Below, piece by piece: positions 10,801-19,849 of a stretch of DNA of 64,000 nucleotides. The stretch spans positions 32,001-96,000 of the IMG/VR virus record IMGVR_UViG_3300037127_000056. The stretch is one strand, 5' to 3'. A program made the position numbers and the translations under genes. Position 1 is the stretch's first letter. Every line of letters starts with the position of its first letter. A model generated the notes under the pieces. The model saw nothing but the letters and a program-made list of their open reading frames with translations, had not been told where the DNA came from and did not search any database. This DNA comes from a virus (lineage: Duplodnaviria > Caudoviricetes).

Positions 10801-11047
10801 ATCCGAGGACCTCGCGAAGGGCTTCGAGGCCATTGATCTCGAAGCGAAGTTCCGGGATGCTAGCATCGCCGCCAATGCCGTGGAGCGTGACAAGCTTGCG
10901 GCGATGCTGTCTCGCGAGATCAGCCAGCTCACAAATCGCCCCATCACCATACAGATCGATCAGGAAACCCTCGCCGTCGCGGTGTCCGAGGGCCAGCGAC
11001 AAGACGCGGCGCGCGGATTCCAGGCGGTGGGGCCAGGTGAGGGTTAG
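7898..11047 (+). CDS. Tail tape measure protein (TP901 / PhageMin_Tail type)
   Basis: 1049 aa, Ala/Gly-rich helical; AADFEFGLAAVKNIANAT...TQFSPTQAVEGLQNLAAAGFS core; central hydrophobic helices. Confidence 0.93.
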   Translation: MALNQLGLGMLFTARDAASATVVGLTKNVAGLEGRSKATASALQTGLGGVAAVAVGAGLSKLVNQAADFEFGLAAVKNIANATASDMVILRDAAFEAGLKTQFSPTQAVEGLQNLAAAGFSAAKSAQLLDRSLILAQAGQISVAQSTATMATAIKLFNLQGKDQETLVDKLLKTTSMFKIHSVDLEQGLAKTAAAALLTNQSVDEMLLTVGLIKNVFPDAGEAGNSVSRAMQSLSQKADKVKKDFGVDVLDANGAFKPALDLFLELDEASAKAFPNAAKRSEKLSRLLGSFGIKGFSAAVGSIDEFATSNNLTRKQAAAQLRGDIAGAEGTADQFLAGLNATFKGQSIILEGAVQTLAVALGEPLLKVLVPAVKRAAEFVADLARVVKDANPEFKQMIARIALTASAVLAFGGIVAILRVGLGLLLPALKAAAIGFAGTMLAAIPLIAVIGGVALVARAAAKSMDTSFGDAKAAVTGFFEDAVLAGKAFVQLMRTGEFSGSVKQELNRAENAGIKRFVIRLGMFAHRIEKFFEGVAGGINATMGRVQPALKRAGQSLMGLGKAMGFVSQKGDGVGDSLPGASFFEAGASIGRALASIFTGAVDVFGVVVDVAAGFISRMKGIFETFSSVFTGLFDNLTELGNEIGVTFMTVGRSVNGGAGPAVNVGKTIANAIGLVTIALVKAASIATKIATSLLQAFRPISYVVLPILRFVANHLTEIILILVGIKMARSLRNLSSLAEGFTAIKTAASGAAAASASFLRTQKKAQPGRDEFGRFLPKGAQAPGGARRDATGRFLPAGGVATAADKTEKALGKLAVAAEVLKVGFMGFALGTVLDQWLDISGQVSDMLTNRSGRGAGTAKGTKFDPTGRAANLRKFAKDIETDIQKSQKTIQSLAEAKVVLPQFRATAERAKTGQLQESDVGVLRKIGGFKEEEALITPDKLNAAQGEIRDALREAAAIEAAQRVAQSEDLAKGFEAIDLEAKFRDASIAANAVERDKLAAMLSREISQLTNRPITIQIDQETLAVAVSEGQRQDAARGFQAVGPGEG

Positions 11048-11523
11048 CCCATGATGTCTTTGGTCACCCATTCTTCGTTGAACTTGGTGAGCCTGGATAC
11101 AATGGGGGACCAATCAACATCGAACGTGGTGTAGTTTGCCCGGCACCGTAGCACTTCGAGTGCCGTCATGTAGGCGGCACGCTTTGCGGTGACTTGGCCC
11201 ATCAGTGCGCGGATCGAACGGGCGATCACCCATGGTGCATTGGTTTCGATCTTGGATGCGTGCGCGCGGCGTACCGTGTCGGTCGCCGCTGCATCGGCCG
11301 CCTTTATGGCGGCATCCACCTTTTCGCGAGGCATCTTTCCTCGAATGTACAGCTCAGCGACATCTATTACATCGGTTGTTCGGAGGTCATGTACGTACTC
11401 TGTCAAGAGCTTGAGACACCAACATGCGAAAAGTTTGACGTCCCGAACAGGGATGTGGGTAAGAAGATTCCACACCATATCGGTGGGATGCGAATCATCG
11501 TTGGGCATTTGCGTACGATTCAT
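11044..11523 (-). CDS. Hypothetical phage protein (Imm5-like helical family)
   Basis: LFACWC...DLRTTDVIDVAELYIRG...AAADAAA pattern. Confidence 0.5.
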   Translation of the reverse strand: MNRTQMPNDDSHPTDMVWNLLTHIPVRDVKLFACWCLKLLTEYVHDLRTTDVIDVAELYIRGKMPREKVDAAIKAADAAATDTVRRAHASKIETNAPWVIARSIRALMGQVTAKRAAYMTALEVLRCRANYTTFDVDWSPIVSRLTKFNEEWVTKDIMG

Positions 11524-11647
11524 GGCACAACACTACATCACTTGGTTGACTCAATGCAAGGAAGTCCGTACACAATCTCGGATTCCCGCCAGCGGGAATC
11601 CTGTTACCCTCCTTGCACCTCACCCCACGCCATGCTAAATCCATGGG

Positions 11648-12388
11648 ATGCTTACATCGATCATCCTAGGAATCACTGCGGTTTGTTCTGTAAATTCAGC
11701 AACTTACGTCACCGCCAACACGACATTCTATTGGGTGGCAGAAGAACGCCACGAGTCCGAATCCGTCCCCTTGATGGACAAATCGTGCCAACCCATTGCA
11801 TCTGTGGGCCCCGAGTTTCGCGATGACCTCCGTCGCGAGGGGACCGGGCGCGCCAACGACGGCTCCACCTACAACGTCTCCGGCCAGTGTAGCTGCCTCC
11901 CCGACCACGACTACTGCTACCACCGGGTCAAGCATCGCTGGGGCACAGGAGCCGGCTCAGCGCCACTGAAGCCATTCCGTTCCGTTGCCGTGGATCCCCA
12001 GGTCATCCCCATCGGGTCTCGAATCTACATTGCTTCCCTCGCGGGGCTTGCCGTTCGTGCGGGGAATCGCACCACTACCCACGATGGTTGGGTCACAGCA
12101 ATTGACACCGGTGGTGGCGTCCACGGGTTTCAGATCGACATCTTCACGGGGTCTAAGGGGGCGTATCATCGGACGTGGCGTCGGATTGCTCCGACACCTG
12201 GCGTTGACGTCGCGATCTATCCACCGCATCGTACACCGGGATCAGAGCTTCAGTGCCACCCAACTCATACGCACGAACGAGCCGACGGATTTGACCCGGT
12301 GTCCATTCTTGGACGTGCAATTTCACGTATAGAGGCAGCGGCTCGACAAGCGCTCCGAAGAATTCGGGATCACAGGCACCCAACGTGA
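11648..12388 (+). CDS. 3D-domain (MltA-like) lytic transglycosylase with N-terminal signal; endolysin candidate
   Basis: PFRSVAVDPQVIPIGSRIYI...AIDTGGGVHGFQIDIFTG (three Asp); hydrophobic N-terminus MLTSIILGITAVC. Confidence 0.85.
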   Translation: MLTSIILGITAVCSVNSATYVTANTTFYWVAEERHESESVPLMDKSCQPIASVGPEFRDDLRREGTGRANDGSTYNVSGQCSCLPDHDYCYHRVKHRWGTGAGSAPLKPFRSVAVDPQVIPIGSRIYIASLAGLAVRAGNRTTTHDGWVTAIDTGGGVHGFQIDIFTGSKGAYHRTWRRIAPTPGVDVAIYPPHRTPGSELQCHPTHTHERADGFDPVSILGRAISRIEAAARQALRRIRDHRHPT

Positions 12389-13127
12389 TCTCAGCGCCAA
12401 CCCGATTCAGGGCGCCGGGATGACCATAAGGAACGCACACAGCGACGGCTCCGGACGCGTGGATGGCGTCCAGCACAACATCGGTGACATCGCCTTCAAT
12501 GACCACGACATCGGGTTGAAGAATCGACACGATGTCGTGGTCAAACCCGGTGTGGAAGACCAATGGCCGAGCTATTGTATGAGCAGCTGCCCGTGCCGCC
12601 GACGACTTTCCAACACCCGGTGGGCCAAACAGTGCAACGCTACACCCGGCGGCGACCCAATCGCAGATCTCATTGGTCGCCTGGGACGCAATGACCTCCG
12701 ATCCGTCTGGACACTGTGCGGGTTCTACTCGCAGTTCGAAGTCGTGCGAGCCCACGGGATAGACACCGATCGCTACAAACTCCGTCCATAGGTCTGCAAC
12801 CAGCCCGTCCAATACGTCGCCGTGTGAGACGTTGTCGTCGTACACGATCTCGTGGCCCACGACAACGGGGTCTCCATCCATCTCAATGACAACCTCGCCG
12901 TGACGCTCTGTTGCAAGCGTTTCTTCGACAACATCGACGAACCACGGAGGCACCTTCAACCGCGGCCGGTTGGATGATGTCGATTCGAGAATCCCGGTTA
13001 CTGCACCCGCCGCAGTTCCAACCAACCTGATGGGGCTGTGGTCCCGCGACAGTTCGTCCGCAATCCGCACGATCCCGCCGATGATTTGCGCGCCTTGGTA
13101 CAGCGCCGACTTCCATTTGTGTCGCAT
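12153..13127 (-). CDS. P-loop (AAA-like) ATPase, divergent
   Basis: VALFGPPGVGKS; atypical Walker B (VVVIEG); N-terminus resembles 41374-42504. Confidence 0.6.
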   Translation of the reverse strand: MRHKWKSALYQGAQIIGGIVRIADELSRDHSPIRLVGTAAGAVTGILESTSSNRPRLKVPPWFVDVVEETLATERHGEVVIEMDGDPVVVGHEIVYDDNVSHGDVLDGLVADLWTEFVAIGVYPVGSHDFELRVEPAQCPDGSEVIASQATNEICDWVAAGCSVALFGPPGVGKSSAARAAAHTIARPLVFHTGFDHDIVSILQPDVVVIEGDVTDVVLDAIHASGAVAVCVPYGHPGALNRVGAEITLGACDPEFFGALVEPLPLYVKLHVQEWTPGQIRRLVRAYELGGTEALIPVYDAVDRSRRQRQVSEQSDATSDDTPP

Positions 13128-13131
13128 CGTC

Positions 13132-13698
13132 CTACTCGATCGTCACTCGGAGGTCACCAGGACCTTCGACGGTGAGAGTATTCCCATCGACGCGTAGTCG
13201 CCAATTGGGTACCAACGCGATGTCACCATCCCATTCAAGACTCATCGCCCACTTGATGACGGCGGCACGAGCATGATGCACGGCAGTCTCGGCATCGATA
13301 TCGAAAGCAACGCCATCGATGACTTGAACCCATGCCTTGGCCCCTTCGTTGATCGCCGCGAAGACTGTGAGCCACCCATCGTTGATCCGGTCGGTCCAGA
13401 TCACGTGCGCGGTGGTCTTTGTGATCACCGCGATGAAATCTGGTACGGTCCCCTGCGGGCCGCTTTCACTTCGTTCCGTGATTGCGTGACGAAGGTCCAC
13501 GCATACCGACGCCCAGTTGTTTTGGTTGGCATGGGGCTTGAATGCGTTGTAGCATGAATACCACGACCAATGTGGTGACAGCGACTTGATGTTCTTCAAC
13601 CATCGTTGGACGGCGACTCTGGGGACCGTCGCAACTGGATACCCGGAGTGGTGAATTTCACCTGTGGCCCGATTTTGGGAAAATGGATCTCGTGGCAT
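13132..13698 (-). CDS. Hypothetical protein
   Basis: 188-aa ORF; TAGGTT-N6-ATG. Confidence 0.6.
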   Translation of the reverse strand: MPRDPFSQNRATGEIHHSGYPVATVPRVAVQRWLKNIKSLSPHWSWYSCYNAFKPHANQNNWASVCVDLRHAITERSESGPQGTVPDFIAVITKTTAHVIWTDRINDGWLTVFAAINEGAKAWVQVIDGVAFDIDAETAVHHARAAVIKWAMSLEWDGDIALVPNWRLRVDGNTLTVEGPGDLRVTIE

Positions 13699-13730
13699 GG
13701 TGTGAACCTAGCACACGGTCGGCAGGGCTG

Positions 13731-14150
13731 TCAATCTTTGTTCACGCACACCGGACCAAGACCGAGTTCAAGGGACATCGGGACGGTGAGGGTACGGCGG
13801 CAGCGCCCACACTTGCCGTCGTGATGAACTTCCGACGATCCCAAGCCGTGACCGGCATTGAGGTGAGCCCACATCCAAGCGAACACCTTGAACGACGACG
13901 CATCGGGGCTCGGGCTCTTGCGGGTCGCGATGAAATCGCCTCGCCGACCGATGAGACCGATGTACTTGAAATCACTGGTGTTACTGGGGCCGTTGAGGAC
14001 ACTGACGAAGAACGCGGCACCATCATCCGCAGCGACGACGCGGTAGGTGAAGTGTGCGCCAGTCTTCCCGCTCTTGACGGTGGCAATGCTCCGGCCCGCG
14101 GTGAGATAGGGGATGATGGCGTCGGCGGCGAGCTTGGTGTTCGTGTTCAT
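13731..14150 (-). CDS. DUF6011-like Zn-finger phage protein
   Basis: KTGAHFTYRV, FFVSVLNGP, HHDGKCGRCRRTLTVPMSLELGLGPVC. Confidence 0.75.
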   Translation of the reverse strand: MNTNTKLAADAIIPYLTAGRSIATVKSGKTGAHFTYRVVAADDGAAFFVSVLNGPSNTSDFKYIGLIGRRGDFIATRKSPSPDASSFKVFAWMWAHLNAGHGLGSSEVHHDGKCGRCRRTLTVPMSLELGLGPVCVNKD

Positions 14151-14217
14151 CGGGATGTCCTTGCTTGGTGAAGCCGTTATACGATGACCGGCCTCCGCAT
14201 GCAAGGAAAATCGACGA

Positions 14218-14763
14218 CTATTTCGTGATACTCGTATCCGCGTCGAGATCTCGGGTGCTGCCCTGCGCGGTCCCTTGGTCCGTACTCGACGTATCGGTCA
14301 CCGCCGCCTTGTTGTTGTTCTGATTCGAGACATTGGTTTCCGATGCCGGGCCGCGCATGAATGCGATGGACATGATGACCACGAATGCCAAGGCCATCAC
14401 TACAGCGGCCCCCCACTTCATGGCGCGGAACATGCGCTCCAACGACTTCTCCATGTGCTGGACGCTGGTATGAGTCGCGGCGGTGGTGACCTTGAGATCC
14501 GCTAGCTTGCCATCGGTCTCCCCGAGTTGGGTCGTGAGCTTGTCCACCGCGGTACGCAGAGTCCTCGATTGCTCCGACACCGTGGCCACGTCGGCGACGA
14601 GTCGGTCTATCCGCTCGTTTGCCGCCCGCCGGTGATCGCGAAAATCGGACTGCATCAAGCGAACCTGTTGCCGGAGGTCGCTGAAAAGCGTTGCATAACC
14701 ATGGTCGTGACTCCGTCCATTGGACGGAATGGGATCGGAGGTCGGGGCGCGGGAAGGGTCCAT
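14218..14763 (-). CDS. Coiled-coil protein with one C-terminal transmembrane helix
   Basis: Heptad region then WGAAVVMALAFVVIMSIAF; TACACT-N6-ATG. Confidence 0.6.
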   Translation of the reverse strand: MDPSRAPTSDPIPSNGRSHDHGYATLFSDLRQQVRLMQSDFRDHRRAANERIDRLVADVATVSEQSRTLRTAVDKLTTQLGETDGKLADLKVTTAATHTSVQHMEKSLERMFRAMKWGAAVVMALAFVVIMSIAFMRGPASETNVSNQNNNKAAVTDTSSTDQGTAQGSTRDLDADTSITK

Positions 14764-14856
14764 GGTGTGAGTGTACCGCGGGGCGCCCGATCTCGCAAGG
14801 GAAATCTTCGGTGCTCTTAGCTTGCGCTCGTGTTGGAGATGCTGTACGCTGGGGCT

Positions 14857-15285
14857 ATGTCTGATAGGACCGAATTGAAGCCGTGTCCGGTATGTAGTTC
14901 GGCCCCTACATGTGGGGACGATTTTATCGAATGCCGATGCGGGATATATTTCGACGGCAATATGGTCGAGCCAACATTCCCGATGTTGGCAAAGTTGTGG
15001 AATGACCTCCCACGGCCGTGGGAAGTTGTCTCACACCTCGCCCACGCCTTGTTCGGGTCCGATGATCTCCCCAAGACTCGCGCCGACTGGGACGCCCGTA
15101 TCGACGCTCTCATCGAGTCCGGGGAGATCGGCGAGAAGCTTGCGGCGGAACGGCTGCATCGGCTCGGAACACAAGCGGCTCAGTTTCGAAAGATGCGTGA
15201 CGAGCTGTATGATGTCTACACCACTAGCGAGTCTCCTTGTCAAGTTGCAACGATCGCGCGGGTTTTGAAAAAGTACTCATCATGA
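14857..15285 (+). CDS. Lar-like Zn-ribbon protein with shared IDALIESGEIG module
   Basis: ELKPCPVC...IECRCG...LWN. Confidence 0.65.
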   Translation: MSDRTELKPCPVCSSAPTCGDDFIECRCGIYFDGNMVEPTFPMLAKLWNDLPRPWEVVSHLAHALFGSDDLPKTRADWDARIDALIESGEIGEKLAAERLHRLGTQAAQFRKMRDELYDVYTTSESPCQVATIARVLKKYSS

Positions 15286-15638
15286 GCACGCCATCCCCCA
15301 TCACATGCACGTTCTGCCGGCAAGAAGTACATCCCACGACAATACATTACGGCATCGGCTACCGGACTTCCATCCACTGCCACGACTGTGGCATCCTGTG
15401 CTACTCCACCGACATGGCGCCCGGCGTGGCAACTCAAAAAGCCCGTACCCAATGGTCTCGAATTCAGGCCACCGTAAATGAACGTGCGTTGTTCAAGCAT
15501 GTCGCCGACGCGCTCTTCGATGGTCCCATTTCAGACATCGATGCATGGAACGCCGCAATCGATGCGAAAATCGAAGCCGGCGAACTCGGAGACGCCTTGG
15601 CGAGCGCTCGCGTCAAGAAGTTGATGAGCAACGTATGA
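15282..15638 (+). CDS. Zn-ribbon protein, paralog of 14857-15285
   Basis: CTFC...CHDC; WNAAIDAKIEAGELG. Confidence 0.65.
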   Translation: MSTPSPITCTFCRQEVHPTTIHYGIGYRTSIHCHDCGILCYSTDMAPGVATQKARTQWSRIQATVNERALFKHVADALFDGPISDIDAWNAAIDAKIEAGELGDALASARVKKLMSNV

Positions 15639-16234
15639 CCCTCCAACCATGCCCATTCTGCGAGACGAGCGATGGCCTCGTACGTTCCGCAAGTTCAGCA
15701 ATCCGGATCCAATGCACGTCGTGTGATATCACCTTCGCGCCGCACCATGTAGGTGACTCGCTCGCTCACGTCGAGAATGAATGGAACTTCATGGTCGAAC
15801 GGATGACGCAACGGCGAGAGCTTGCAGACGCCATCACACAGGCCGTCTTCGGTGACCGCACCTTTGCCACCACCAACGAATGGGTCGTCGCCCTCGACGC
15901 TCTCATCGAATCTGGTGAGATTGGAGAACGCTTGGCAGACGCTCGACTCGCGGAACCGGAGCACGGGCTGGTGAGCCACCTCATGTCAATCGAACAGATC
16001 CTGACGTCGTCCAACAGCCCCGACTTTTTGCAAAATGCATACCACGCGATAATGGCCCTCGCGGACACTGCGCTAACCCGCAAACGGGACATATCGATTC
16101 GGGTGATGGCCGACCATGTCCGATTCACCGGGACCGCCATGTCATCGTTGGTCACAGCCTTTCGACGTACCGGGGAAGCCATGGCACGTTTCGCGGCGGC
16201 CCTACCCGATGACGACTTCGACCCGCCGGAATGA
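15635..16234 (+). CDS. Lar-like Zn-ribbon protein, paralog of 14857-15285
   Basis: LQPCPFC...IQCTSC...EWN; LDALIESGEIG. Confidence 0.65.
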   Translation: MTLQPCPFCETSDGLVRSASSAIRIQCTSCDITFAPHHVGDSLAHVENEWNFMVERMTQRRELADAITQAVFGDRTFATTNEWVVALDALIESGEIGERLADARLAEPEHGLVSHLMSIEQILTSSNSPDFLQNAYHAIMALADTALTRKRDISIRVMADHVRFTGTAMSSLVTAFRRTGEAMARFAAALPDDDFDPPE

Positions 16235-16244
16235 TCTCTGCGGG

Positions 16245-16547
16245 CTAGTCCTCATCCCACGACAGTTCGCTGTTGCCGCCGCGACGAGTCTCGCGATTTC
16301 GAAGACGGTTCAGCAAGTGAAGGTAGTCAAGAGCTTCCACCAACGTAAGCTCCATCACTTCACCCATGCGGAACGTGAATCCGGAGCCACGACTCTGGTA
16401 GCAGAGGTTCCCGATGATCTCGGTGATGTCTTGCCGGCTCGGTATCGGGACGACACCGCCGACGATCAGTCCTTCATCTGGCCGCGGGTCTTGCGCTTGC
16501 GCTTCGTTGAATTCGGACGCCAGAAGCTGGACATTCCTCCCAAAGGG
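16245..16547 (-). CDS. -1 frameshift extension of the tail chaperone (GT-like)
   Basis: Minus-strand C CCT TTG at 16547-16541; the -1 frame is open for 100 codons (…IIGNLCYQSRGSGFTFRMGEVMELTLVEALDYLHLLNRLRNRE…) to TAG. Confidence 0.75.
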   Translation of the reverse strand, partial: PFGRNVQLLASEFNEAQAQDPRPDEGLIVGGVVPIPSRQDITEIIGNLCYQSRGSGFTFRMGEVMELTLVEALDYLHLLNRLRNRETRRGGNSELSWDED

Positions 16548-17344
16548 AGGTCCACCTCACCGGACCATCCGCAGTTGCGGTCGTTGCAAGACAGGAAGAT
16601 CGACGTCTCGATGCCGCCGTCGTAGTCATCCATGAGATCTTGCAGCTCGACGAGACGGTAGCTGAAATCGCCCTTTTTCAGGACCTCTGCAATCTCAGAT
16701 CGGGCATTCGAGGTGTACACGACATTCCCGTCGGGATCCCGCGTGACGCCGACATCTCCGAAGCTGATCATGCGCGCCGCCAGCGACCGCGTCACCATCT
16801 CACCCGGAGCCTCACCGACAAACCGCTGGACGCTGTCTTGATCGCGACCACGCATGAGGCGGAACCGTACAGGGATCCCTTCCCACTCGATCTCGAAGAC
16901 GTTGTCGCCATCTTGGATCTTCTTGCGAGACTCGTCCGGCAACGGGATAACCTCATCGGTGACGATCTTCTCCAGGTCGAGCGTCGCGACACCCATGCCG
17001 CCGATGGGCTCATCCGGCAGCTGGAGCTTCCCCCGGCACGGCGTCGGAAGGGCGCGGGGACACTGGTGATCGATGGGAAGCCATCGCCCCCACACTGGGA
17101 TCCGCGTCGCCAGAAGCGCGACACTGCGATCACAGATCAAGACGTCGTTCCAGTTCACGGTACCGTCCTTGATCTGATACGGACCCGGATCGATCACGGC
17201 CGTCGTGCATTCCGTGAGCAACGTGGTTTCCATCGACGCCGGGCTCATCCGGCTGCGGACTTGGTCATTGGCCCACTTGATGTTCCATCCTCGGAGCGAG
17301 ACGGTGAGGCCGCTGGGGAGTTCAATCTCGAATGTAGTCGCCAT
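16466..17344 (-). CDS. Tail assembly chaperone (G-like; T4 gp26-like with Cys motifs)
   Basis: FEIELPSG start, DRSVALLATRI, CP..C, RFRLMRGRD, CNDRNC; slippery heptamer near the 3' end. Confidence 0.7.
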   Translation of the reverse strand: MATTFEIELPSGLTVSLRGWNIKWANDQVRSRMSPASMETTLLTECTTAVIDPGPYQIKDGTVNWNDVLICDRSVALLATRIPVWGRWLPIDHQCPRALPTPCRGKLQLPDEPIGGMGVATLDLEKIVTDEVIPLPDESRKKIQDGDNVFEIEWEGIPVRFRLMRGRDQDSVQRFVGEAPGEMVTRSLAARMISFGDVGVTRDPDGNVVYTSNARSEIAEVLKKGDFSYRLVELQDLMDDYDGGIETSIFLSCNDRNCGWSGEVDLPLGGMSSFWRPNSTKRKRKTRGQMKD

Positions 17345-17406
17345 GGCATGGATATAGCCGTGGCGGATTTTCCCGCCGGCGGGAAAGCTCGGCCTAAAAT
17401 CCCACT

Positions 17407-18150
17407 ATGGCCCAAGCCGACTGGAATGTCCTCAACAACACCATCCCTCAAGCCAGCGTCGAACGCGGAAGTACCTCCGGCATCCCGCGACCCAACGGCG
17501 GCGGGCAGTTCGTCTATGGCTTCAACAGCTTGCAGAGTATCGCAAACGGTGCCAGTGCCCAGTACCTCAACCTCACGGACTTCAACCCCACGGCAAAGGG
17601 GGCCCGGATCGCCGCCGCGATCCAGCGAGGACTCGGTGCCAATGACACCGGCTTTTCGGCGTGGGTGTATGTATGCCTTCAGAGCAACGACACCAATGAT
17701 GTCGGGTACATGCTCGGACTCTCGGACGCGTCACCATCCCGGCTCATCCTCCGTAAGGGTGTGCTGAGTTCCGGCATCCCCGATGACACCCCCGACCCGG
17801 CGGAGAATGGCAACCTCCTGGCCAGCACCAACACCTACGCCAGGGGGACGTGGGTCCACGTGCAACTCACCGCGATCGTGCAAGACAACGGCGACGTCGT
17901 GCTCACCGCTGAGACCAATGACCTCGATGCCAATGCTGTGACGGCGCCGGTGTGGACAACCCCCGGCGGTATGGAAGGCCCGCAAGACGGGGTGGCCGAT
18001 GGTCCGATCACTGGGTTCGTCGATGATGCCTTGCAGGTCAACACCGGGACGGCACCCCTTGTATCGGGCTTCATGGGATTCGGAATGGCCGTCAATGGGG
18101 CCGCTCGGCGCAGCTTCTTCGACCACATCACCGCGGCACGACAGACCTGA
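17407..18150 (+). CDS. Putative virion structural protein (beta-sandwich)
   Basis: Asn/Gly/Thr-rich with GTWVHVQLTAIV; strong phage codon bias; TAAAAT-N6-ATG. Confidence 0.55.
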   Translation: MAQADWNVLNNTIPQASVERGSTSGIPRPNGGGQFVYGFNSLQSIANGASAQYLNLTDFNPTAKGARIAAAIQRGLGANDTGFSAWVYVCLQSNDTNDVGYMLGLSDASPSRLILRKGVLSSGIPDDTPDPAENGNLLASTNTYARGTWVHVQLTAIVQDNGDVVLTAETNDLDANAVTAPVWTTPGGMEGPQDGVADGPITGFVDDALQVNTGTAPLVSGFMGFGMAVNGAARRSFFDHITAARQT

Positions 18151-18744
18151 TCATCGTCGCCTACGCCGTCGTCGAGAGCCAACCTCGCGCGAGTTGGCGC
18201 CCGTATTCCGGCGTAGCTCTTCAAGTCGCCGCTCCATGGCAATCGCGTCTGCGCGCTCGCCGCAACGATTGCACCGCGTCGATAGCTCCGTCATCCCATT
18301 ATGACGACACGGGCCCGGCTCGAGGAACACCGCAAGCTCCGGGGCGTCCTTGATACCTCGGGCTTGGATCTCTTTGAGCATTTCCGGTAGTACCCCGCCC
18401 TGAAGCAACCCTAGTTCCCACCGCGAGAATCTTGTGTCGCTGGGGATGTTTCGCATCAACATCCGGGCGGTGTTGATGAGGTGGGAGTTGCCCATCTCCG
18501 GCACCGGAGTGACTCGCCCATCTTTGGTCGTCCATACATTGGTGACTGCCTTGGGACGTGTGTGTCGCATGAACGCCACACCATACGCGTTCGCGAGCGT
18601 CCCTTGATCGATGAGGGCATCGACGGCGGCTGTGAGGGACTCGACATCATCTGGCTCGACGTCTTTGCCGAGAACATCCCGAGCCAGCGCGCAGATGATG
18701 TGACTCAACTTGAGAAGATTCGATACACTGACCTCGGCACTCAT
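18151..18744 (-). CDS. Hypothetical protein with a divergent IDALI module
   Basis: AVDALIDQGTL; WTTKDGRVTPVPEMGNSHLIN; C-terminal Cys/His cluster. Confidence 0.55.
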   Translation of the reverse strand: MSAEVSVSNLLKLSHIICALARDVLGKDVEPDDVESLTAAVDALIDQGTLANAYGVAFMRHTRPKAVTNVWTTKDGRVTPVPEMGNSHLINTARMLMRNIPSDTRFSRWELGLLQGGVLPEMLKEIQARGIKDAPELAVFLEPGPCRHNGMTELSTRCNRCGERADAIAMERRLEELRRNTGANSREVGSRRRRRRR

Positions 18745-18810
18745 GGTTCCGGTGTACATCATCCGGCAACGGATCACAAGTCCCGCCGGTGGGAATCGTA
18801 CAATGACGGT

Positions 18811-19104
18811 ATGAGCACCACCAAGACAATCATCATCGTGGCACTTGTGTTCGTTGCATCGTTCGGGCTCACCGCCGCGCTCTCTAAGCCGAGTGACATG
18901 GGCTTCCGGCAGTTCCAGGTCGCCGACGACATCGGGAACACTGGGCACTACTCGGCGCCGGTCTCTGGCCATTCACCGAGCTATGGCAACCATGGCCACG
19001 GCAACAACGCCGATGGGGTGGACTCCAGCAACCCCGGTCGTGGTGGACCATCGAGTGATGAATCGTGTGATGGGACCGGCGAGTGCATCGACGACGAGTT
19101 GTGA
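18811..19104 (+). CDS. Small secreted protein
   Basis: Signal peptide MSTTKTIIIVALVFVASFGLTAALS; NHGHGNNADGVDSSNPG. Confidence 0.6.
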   Translation: MSTTKTIIIVALVFVASFGLTAALSKPSDMGFRQFQVADDIGNTGHYSAPVSGHSPSYGNHGHGNNADGVDSSNPGRGGPSSDESCDGTGECIDDEL

Positions 19105-19159
19105 TCCGTGCCTGCAATTCCGTTGACACTTGGGCACAATTCGTGCCATACTTGGGAAT

Positions 19160-19594
19160 ATGAACGATGCAACTCAATGGAATCTTTGGGCATCTAATGG
19201 CTCCATCAGAACCGCGAGCAAGTTCCGGCTTCTTCCCGACACCTCCGGAACATCCCCGGGAGAGATGTGGCGTGTGGTCCGGACGTTCTATGCAGCGTCC
19301 AAGTCAAGTGCGATGTCCATTATGGAAGATGAAATCCGGTGTGCTGGCAACGAGCCGGTGTGGGATGACGGACCATATGAGCCCGCACCGGACGTCTTCA
19401 CTGGTAGGGTAGATGACGTTACCACAACCGATGCGGATCTCGCTAGAATGTGGTGTGTCGTAGATGTTTGTGGGCGTATGCATGTTCGGCCATGGGAACC
19501 CCATCTTCAATCACTTCGCTCAAAGCGATGGGCCGCACCGGTCTCCAGGGCACTTGCGCGGGAAACGTTGATTCCCGCCGGCGGGAATGGTTGA
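19160..19594 (+). CDS. Hypothetical protein
   Basis: TTGACA...CATACT-N7-ATG. Confidence 0.5.
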   Translation: MNDATQWNLWASNGSIRTASKFRLLPDTSGTSPGEMWRVVRTFYAASKSSAMSIMEDEIRCAGNEPVWDDGPYEPAPDVFTGRVDDVTTTDADLARMWCVVDVCGRMHVRPWEPHLQSLRSKRWAAPVSRALARETLIPAGGNG

Positions 19595-19627
19595 CATCGC
19601 CTACTCCGGCGTGCCATAGTCGTGTCC

Positions 19628-19849
19628 ATGGACGAATCCGACGACACCTACATCTGGAACATATGGGGCGACGCCGATACCGTGGAAGCATCGACGGACA
19701 CCATACTCGTCCCCATCAATCACCCCGATGCTGCCCGCGCCGCGAAGCCGCCGGTGTCAGAGGTCGAACTGCATATCATCGCAACGTCCGGTATCGAGAT
19801 GACATACCCACAAGCCGTGGACTGGCTACACGACCTCAAGGGGTGGTGA
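19628..19849 (+). CDS. Small hypothetical protein
   Basis: TTGACA-N18-CATAGT-N7-ATG. Confidence 0.5.
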   Translation: MDESDDTYIWNIWGDADTVEASTDTILVPINHPDAARAAKPPVSEVELHIIATSGIEMTYPQAVDWLHDLKGW

